NCBI GenBank assembly: GCA_964016885.1
Contig: OZ024744.1
Coordinates: forward strand, 128,588,001-128,652,000
Direction: 5' to 3'
DNA: 64,000 nucleotides
Origin: Eledone cirrhosa
Lineage: Eukaryota
Below, piece after piece: positions 56,041 through 64,000 of the stretch; the first letter of the stretch is position 1, and every line of letters begins with the position of its first letter. The notes below the pieces were generated by a model. That model was given only the letters and a program-made list of their open reading frames with translations. It was not told the DNA's origin and ran no database searches. A program made the translations under genes and the position numbers.

Positions 56041-59000
56041 AAGTTAAGTTTGGGTTAAGGTTGGGGTTAAATTAAGATGGGGTTAAGTTAAGTTGGGGTT
56101 AAGTTAAGTTGGGGTTAAGTTAAGTTGGGGGTAAGTTAAGTTGGGGTTAAGTTAAGTTCGGGTTAAGTTAAGTTGGTGTTAAGTTAAGTTGGGGCTGAGT
56201 TAAGTTGGGGCTAAGTTAAGTTGGGTCTAAGTTAAGTTGGGGTTAAGTTAAGTTGGGGTTAAGTTAAGTTGGTTTTAAATTAAGTTGGGGTTAAATTAAG
56301 TTGGTGTTAAGTTAAGTTGGGGTTAAGTTAAGTTGGGGTTAATTAAATTGGGGTTAAGTTAAGTTGGGGTTAAGTTAATTGGGGTTAAATTAAGTTAGGG
56401 TTGAGTTAAGTTGGGGTTAAGTTAAGTTGGGGTTATATTAAGTTGGGGTTAAGTTAAGTTGGGGTTAAGTAAAGTTGGGGTTCAGTTAAGTTGGGGTTAA
56501 GTTAAGTTAGGCTTAACTTAAGTTGGGGTTAAGTTAAGTTGGGGGTGAGTTAAGTTGGGGGTAAGTTAAGTTGGGGTTAAGTTAAGTTGGGGTTAAGTTG
56601 GGGTTAAGTTAATTTAGGGTTAAGTTAAGTTGGGGTTGAGTTAAGTTGGGGTTAAGTTAAGTGGTGGTTATGTTAAGTTGGGGTTAAGTTAAGTTGGGGT
56701 TAATTTAAATTGGGGTTAATTTAACTTTGTGGTTAAGTTAATTTGGGGTTAATTTAAGTTGGGGTTAAGTTAAGTTGGGGTTAATTTAATTTGTGGTTAA
56801 GTTAAGTTGGGGTTAAGTTAAGTTGGCGTTGAGTTAAGCTGGGGTTAAGTTAAGTTGGGGTTAAAATAAGTTGGGGTTAATTTAAGTTGGGGCTGAGTTA
56901 AGTTGGGGTTAAGTTGGGGTTGAGTTAAGTTGGGGTTAAGTTAAGTTGGGATTAAGTTAAGTTTGGGTTAAGTTAAGTTCGGGTTGAGTTAAGTTGGGGT
57001 TAAATTAAGTTGGGGTTAATTTAAGTTGGGGTTAAGTTAAGTTGGGGTTAAGATAAGTTGGGGTTAAGTTAAGTTGGGGTTAAGTTAAGTTGGGGTTGAG
57101 TTAATTTGGGGTTAAGTTAAGTTGGGGTTAACTTAAGTTGGGGTTAAGTTAAGTTGGGGTTAAGTTAAGTTGGGGGTAAGTTAAGTTGGGGGCAAGTTGA
57201 GTTGGGGTTAAGTTAAGTTGGGGTTAAGTTAAGGTGGGGGTAAGTTAAGGTGGGGGTAAGTTAAGTTGGGGTTAAGTTAAGTTGGGGTTAAGTTAAGTTG
57301 GGTTTGAGTTAAGTTGGGGCTAAGTTAAGTTGGGGCTAAGTTAAGTTGGGGCTAAGTTAAGTTGGGGCTGAGTTAAGTTGGGGTTAAGTTAAGTTGGGGT
57401 TGAGTTAAGTTGGGGTTAACTTAAGTTGGGGTTAAGTTGGGGTTAAGTTAAGTTGGGGTTAAGTTAAGTTGGGGGTTAGTTAAGTTGGGGGCAAGTTAAG
57501 TTGGGGTTAATTTAAGTTGGGGTTAAGTTAAGTTGGGGTTATGTTAAGTTGGGGTTAAGTTAAGTTGGGGTTAAGTTAAGTTGGGGGTAAGTTATGTTGG
57601 GGTTAAGTTAAGTTGGGGGTAAGTTAAGTTGAGGGTAAGTTAAGTTGGGGTTAAGTTACGTTGGGGTTAAATTAAGTTGGGGTAAGTTAAGCCGGGGGTA
57701 AGTTAAGTTGGGGTTAAGTTAAGTTGGGGTTAAATTAAGTTGAGGTTAAGTTAAGTTGGGGTTAAATTAAGTTGAGGTTAACTTAAGTTGGGGTTAAGTT
57801 GGGGGTAAGTTAAGTTAGGGTTAAGTTAAGTTGGGGTTGAGTTAAGTTGGGGTTAAGTTAAGTTGGGGTTATGTTAAGTTGGGGTTAAGTTAAGTTGGGG
57901 TTAAGTTAAGTTGGGGTTAAGTTAAGTTGCGGTTAAGTTAAGTTGGGGTTAAATTAAGTTGGGGTTAAGTTAAGTTGGGATTAAGTTAAGTTGGGGTTAA
58001 GTTAAGTTGGGGTTAAGTTAAGTTGGGGTTAAGTTAGATTGTTGTTAAGTTAAGTTGGGGTTAAGTTAAGTTGGGGTTAAGTTAAGTTGGGGTTAATTTA
58101 AGTTGGGGTTAAGTTATGTCGGGGTTAAGTTGAGTTGGGGTTAAGTTAAGTTGGGGTTAAGTTAAGTTGGGGTTAAGTTAAGTTGGGGTTAAGATAAGTT
58201 GGGGTTAAGTTAAGTTGGGGTTAAATTAAGTTCGGGTTAAGTTAATTTGGGGTTGACTTAAGTTGGGGTTAACTTAAGTTGGGATTAAGTTAAGTTGGGG
58301 TTAAGTTAAGTTGGGGTTAAATTAAGTTCGGGTTAAGTTAAGTTGGGGTTAAGTTAAGTTGGGGTTAAGTTAAGTTGGGGTTAAGTTAGGTTGGGGTTAA
58401 GTTAAGTTGGGGGTAAGTTAAGTTGGGGTTAAGTTAAGTTGGGGGTAAGTTAAGTTGGGGGTAAGTTAAGTTGGGGTTAATTTAAGTTGGGTCGAATTAA
58501 GTTGGTGTTAAGTTAAGTTGGGGTTAAGTTAAGTTGGGGTTAAGTTAAGTTGGGGTTAAGTTAAGATGGGGTTTAGTTAAGTTGGGGTTAAGTTAAGTTG
58601 GGGTTACGTTAAGTTTGGGGTAAGTTAAGTTGGTGGTAAGTTAAGTTGGGGGTAAGTTAAGATGGGGTTAAATTAAGTTGGGGTTAAGTTAATTTGGGGT
58701 TGACTTAATTTGGGGTTGACTTAAGTTGGGGTTAACTTAAGTTGGGGTTAAGTTAAGATGGGGTTTAGTTAAGTTGGGGTTAAGTTAAGTTGGGGTTTAG
58801 TTAAGTTGGGGTTAAGTTAAGTTGGGGTTAAGTTAAGTTGGTGGTAAGTTAAGTTGGGGGTAAGTTAAGTTGGGGGTAAGTTAAGTTGGGGTTAATTTAA
58901 GTTGGGTCGAATTAAGTTGGTGTTAAGTTAAGTTGGGGTTAAGTTAAGTTGGGGTTAAGTTAAGTTGGGGTTAAGTTAAGTTGGGGGTAAGTTAAGTTGG

Positions 59001-62000
59001 GGGTAAGTTAAGTTGGGGTTAATTTAAGTTGGGTCGAATTAAGTTGGTGTTAAGTTAAGTTGGGGTTAAGTTAAGTTGGGGTTAAGTTAAGTTGGGGTTG
59101 AGTTAAGTCGGGGTTAAGTTAAGTTGGGGTTATGTTAAGTTGGGGTTAAGTTAAGTTGGGGTTAAGTTAAGTTGGGGTTCAATTAAGTTGCGGTTAATTT
59201 AAGTTGGGGTTAAGTTAAGTTGGGGTTAAGTTAAGTTGGGGTTAAGTTAAGTTGGGGTTAAATTAAGTTGGGGTTAAATTAAGTTGGGGTTAAGTTAAGT
59301 TGGGGTTATGTTAAGTTGGTGTTAAGTTAAGTTGGGGTTAAGTTAAGTTGGGGTTAAGTTAAGTTGGGGTTAAGTTAGGTTGGTGTTAAGTTAAGTTGGG
59401 GGTAAGTTAAGTTGGGGGTAAGTTAAGTTGGTGTTAAGTTAAGTTGGGGTTAAGTTAAGTTGGGGTTAAGTTAAGTTGGGTTTAAGTTAAGTTGGGGCTA
59501 AGTTAAGTTAGGGCTAAGTTAAGTTGGGGTTAAGTAAAGTTAGGGCTAAGTTAAGTTGGGTTAAGTTAAGTTGGGGTTAATTTAACTTGGGGTTACATTA
59601 AGTTGAGGTTAAGTTAAGTTGGTGTTAAGTTAAGTTGGGGTTAATTTAAGTTGGGGTTAATTAAGTTGGGGTTAATTTAAGTTGGGGTTAAGTTAAGTTG
59701 GGGTTAATTTCAGTTGGGGTTGAGTTAAGTTGGGGTTAAGTTTAGTTGGGGTTAATTTAAGTTGGGGTTGAGTTAAGTTGGGGTTAAGTTAAGTTGGGGT
59801 TAAGTTATGTTCGGGTTAAGTTAAGTTGCGGCTAAGTTAAGTTGGGTCTAAGTTAAGTTGGGGTTAAGTTAAGTTGGGGTTAAGTTAAGTGAGGGTTAAT
59901 TTAAGTTGGGGTTATTTTAAGTTGGGGTTAAGTTAAGTTGGGGTTAAGTTAGGTTGGTGTTAAGTTAAGTTGGGGGTAAGTTAAGTTGGGGGTAAGTTAA
60001 GTTGGTGTTAAGTTAAGTTGGGTTTAAGTTAAGTTGGGGCTAAGTTAAGTTAGGGCTAAGTTAAGTTGGGGCTGAGTTAAGTTGGGGTTAAGTTAAGTTG
60101 GGGTTGAGTTAAGTTGGGGCTAAGTTAAGTTGGGGTTTAGTTAAGTTGGGGTTAAGTTAAGGTGGGGTTAAGTTAAGTTGGGGTCAACTAAAGTTGGGGT
60201 TAAGTTAAGTTGGGGTTAACTTAAGTTGGGGTTAAATTAAGTTGGGGTTAAGTTAAGTTGGGGTTAAGTTAAGTTGGGGTTAAGTTAAGTTGCGGGTAAT
60301 TTAAGTTGGGGTTAAGTTAAGTTGGGGTTAAGTTAAGTTGGGGGTAAGTTAAGTTGGGGGTAAGTTAAGTTGGGGTTAAGTTAAGTTAGGGTTAAGTTAA
60401 GTTGGGGTTGAGTTAAGTTGGGGTTAAGTTAAGTTGGGGTTATGTTAAGTTGGGGTTAAGTTAAGTTGGGGTTAATTTAAGTTGGCGTTAAGTTAAGTTG
60501 CGGTTAAGTTAAGTTGGGGTTAAATTAAGTTGGGGTTAAGTTAAGTTGGGATTAAGTTAAGTTGGGGTTAAGTTAAGTTGGGGTTAAGTTAGATTGTTGT
60601 TAAGTTAAGTTGGGGTTAAGTTAAGTTGGGGTTAATTTAAGTTGGGGTTAATTTAAGTTGGGTCTAATTAAGTTGGGCTTAAGTTAAGTTGGGGTTAAGT
60701 TAAGTTGGGGTTAAGTTAAGTTGGGGTTAAGTTAAGTTGCGTTTACGTTAAGTTGGGGGTAAGTTAAGTTGGTGGTAAGTTAAGTTGGGGGTAAGTTAAG
60801 ATGGGGTTAAGTTAAGTTGGGGTTAATTTAATTTGGGGTTAAGTTAAGTTAGGGTTAAGTTAAGTTGGGGTTGAGTTAAGTCGGGGTTCAGTTAAGTTGG
60901 GGTTATGTTAAGTTGGGGTTAAGTTAAGTTGGGGTTAAGTTAAGTTGGGGTTCAATTAAGTTGCGGGTAATTTAAGTTGGGGTTAAGTTAAGTTGGGGGT
61001 ACGTTAAGTTGGGGGTAAGTTAAGTTGGGGTTAAGTTAAGTTGGGGTTAAGTTAAGTCGGGGTTAATTTAAGTTGCGGTTAAGTTAAGTTGGGGTTAAGT
61101 TAAGTTGGGGTTAAGTTAAGTTGGGATTAAGTTAAGTTGGGGTTAAGTTAAGTTGGGGTTGAGTTAAGTTGGGGTTAAGTTAGATTATTGTTAATTTATT
61201 TTGGGGTTAAGTTAAGTTGGGGTTAAGTTAAGTTGGGGTTAATTTAAGTTGGGGTTAAGTTAAGTGGGGGTTAAGTTGAGTTGGGGTTAAGTTAAGTTGG
61301 GGTTAAGTTAAGTTGGGGTTAAGATAAGTTGGGGTTAAGTTAAGTTGGGGTTGAGTTAAGTTCGGGTTGAGTTAATTTGGGGTTAACTTAAGTTGGGGTT
61401 AACTTAAGTTGGGGTTAAGTTAAGTTGGGTTTATGTTAAGTTGGGGATAAGTTAAGTTGGGGTTAAGTTAAGTTGGGGTTCAATTAAGTTGCGGTTAATT
61501 TAAGTTGGGGTTAAGTTAAGTTGGGGTTAAGTTAAGTTGGGGTTAAGTTAAGTTGGGGGTAAGTTAAGTTGAGGGTAAGTCAAGTTGGGGTTAAGTCAAG
61601 TTGGGGTTAAGTTAAGTTGGGGTTAAGTTAAGTTGGGGTTGAGTTAAGTTGGGGTTGAGTTAAGTTGGGGTTAAGTTAAGTTGGGTGTAAGTTAAGTTGG
61701 GGTTAAGTTAAGTTGGGGTTAAGTTAAGTTGGGGTTAAGTTAAGTTGGGGGTAAGTTAAGTTGGGGGCAAGTTAAGTTGGGGTTAAGTTAAGTTGGGGTT
61801 AAGTTAAGTTGGGGTTAAGTTAAGTTGGGGTTAAGTTAAGTTGGGGTTAAATTAAGTTGAGGTTAAGTTAATTTGGGGTTAAGTTAAGTTGGGGTTAAAT
61901 TAAGTTGGGGGTAAGATAAGTTGGGGCTAAGTTAAGTTGGGGCTAAGTCAAGTTGGGGTTAAGTCAAGTTGAGGTTAACTTAAGTTGGGGTTAAGTTAAG

Positions 62001-64000
62001 TTGGGGTTAAGTTAAGTTGGGGTTAAGGTAAGGTGGGGTTAAGTTAAGTTGGGGTTAAGTTAAGTTGGGGTTAAGTTAAGTTGGGGTTAAGTTAAGTTAG
62101 GGTTAATTTCAGTTGGGGTTATGTTAAGTTGGGGTTAAGTTAAGTTGGGGTTAAGTTAAGTTGAGGTTAAGTTAAGTTGGAGTTAAGTTAAGTTGGGGTT
62201 AAGCTAAGTTGGGGTTAAGTTAATTTGCGGTTAAGTTAGGTTGTGGGTTAAGTTAAGTTGGGGTTAAGTTAAGCTGGGGTTAAGTTAGGGTAAGTTAAGT
62301 TGGGGTTAAGTTAAGTTGGGGTTAAGTTAGGTTGGGGTTAAGTTAAGTTGGGGTTAAGTTAAGTTGGGGTTGAGTTAAGTTGGGGTTGAGTTAAGTTGGG
62401 GTTAAGTTAAGTTGGGGTTAAGTTAAGTTGGGGTTAAGTTAAGTTGGGGTTAAGTTAAGTTGGGGTTAAGTTAAGTTGGGGGCAAGTTAAGTTGGGGTTA
62501 ATTTAAGTTGAGGTTAAGTTAAGTTGGTGTTAAGTTAAGTTGGGGCTAAGTTAAGTTGGGGCTGAGTTAAGTTGGGGCTGAGTTAAGTTGCAGTTAAGTT
62601 AAGTTGGGGTTGAGTTAAGTTGCGGTTAAGTTAAGTTGGGGTTAAGTTAAGTTGGGGTTAAGTTAAGTTGGGGTTTATTTAAGTTGGGGTTCAGTTAATT
62701 TGGGGTTAAGTTAAGTTTGGGTTAAGTTGGGGTTAAATTAAGTTGGGGTTAAATTAAGTTGGGGTTAAGCTAATTTGGGGTTAAGTTAAGTTGGGGTTAA
62801 TTTAAGTTGGGGTTAAGTTAAGTTGCGGGTAATTTAAGTCGGGGTTAAGTTAAGTTGGGGTTAAGTTAAGTTGGGGTTAAGTTAAGGTGGGGTTTAGTTA
62901 AGTTGGGGTTAAGTTAAGTTGGGGGTAAGTTAAGTTGGGGGTAAGTTAAGTTGGGGGTAAGTTAAGTTGGGGTTAAGTTAAGTCGGGGTTAAGTTAAGTT
63001 GGGGTTAAGTTAAGTTGGGGTTAATTTAAGTTGGGGTTAAGTTAAGTTGGGGGTAAGTTAAGTTGGGGGTAAGTTAAGTTAGGGTTAAGTTAAGTTGGGG
63101 TTGAGTTAAGTTGGGGTTAAGTTAAGTTGGGGTTATGTTAAGTTGGGGTTAAGTTAAGTTGGGGTTAAGTTAAGTTGGGGTTAAGTTAAGTTGCGGTTAA
63201 GTTAAGTTGGGGTTAAATTAAGTTGGGGTTAAGTTAAGTTGGGATTAAGTTAAGTTGGGGTTAAGTTAAGTTGGGGTTAAGTTAAGTTGGGGTTAAGTTA
63301 GATTGTTGTTAAGTTAAGTTGGGGTTAAGTTAAGTTGGGGTTAAGTTAAGTTGGGGTTAATTTAAGTTGGGGTTAAGTTATGTCGGGGTTAAGTTGAGTT
63401 GGGGTTAAGTTAAGTTGGGGTTAAGTTAAGTTGGGGTTAAGTTAAGTTGGGGTTAAGATAAGTTGGGGTTAAGTTAAGTTGGGGTTAAATTAAGTTCGGG
63501 TTAAGTTAATTTGGGGTTGACTTAAGTTGGGGTTAACTTAAGTTGGGATTAAGTTAAGTTGGGGTTAAGTTAAGTTGGGGTTAAATTAAGTTCGGGTTAA
63601 GTTAAGTTGGGGTTAAGTTAAGTTGGGGTTAAGTTAAGTTGGGGTTAAGTTAGGTTGGGGTTAAGTTAAGTTGGGGGTAAGTTAAGTTGGGGTTAAGTTA
63701 AGTTGGGGTTAAGTTAAGTTGGGGGTAAGTTAAGTTGGGGTTAAGCTAATTTGGGGTTAAGTTAAGTTGGGGTTAATTTAAGTTGGGGTTAAGTTAAGTT
63801 GCGGGTAATTTAAGTCGGGGTTAAGTTAAGTTGGGGTTAAGTTAAGTTGGGGTTAAGTTAAGGTGGGGTTTAGTTAAGTTGGGGTTAAGTTAAGTTGGGG
63901 GTAAGTTAAGTTGGGGGTAAGTTAAGTTGGGGGTAAGTTAAGTTGGGGTTAAGTTAAGTCGGGGTTAAGTTAAGTTGGGGTTAAGTTAAGTTGGGGTTAA
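56041..64000 (+). repeat. Tandem satellite array, 16-bp monomer, open at window end
   Basis: Matches 33921-~35640 at offset 22120, then ~40660-46866 at offset 17134 (markers 40903/58037, 43458/60592, 44049/61183, 46167/63301). Confidence 0.99.

Noticed and set aside
1-64000. Canonical Tetrahymena (TTGGGG)n or insect (TTAGG)n telomere, or a species assignment
   Set aside because: Neither motif forms a pure tandem tract, and nothing in the window identifies the organism.

Overview
There are no genes in this window. It is almost entirely a eukaryotic-type tandem satellite with the 16-bp monomer TTAAGTTAAGTTGGGG (5+5+6 substructure, G-rich + strand, no C in the consensus), about 57 kb in total. 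It is interrupted twice by a near-identical 3.2-kb AT-rich, palindrome-rich composite island (29641-32866 and 51762-54986). Each island is followed about 825 bp downstream by a 229-bp inverted block of the satellite that includes a reverse-complement copy of the adjacent 83 bp. Using rare monomer variants as landmarks, the window resolves into three copies of a ~22.1-kb macro-unit (satellite + island + inversion). These differ by nested tandem duplications of 976, 2134, 6502 and 9956 bp, a 4986-bp deletion, a 240-bp indel and a 48-bp in-register gene-conversion-like tract, and the length arithmetic closes exactly. The architecture fits a recombination-maintained array such as a non-canonical telomeric/subtelomeric or centromeric satellite. 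Organism and chromosomal position cannot be determined from the window. Landmark offsets were counted by hand; breakpoints inside consensus monomers are approximate.
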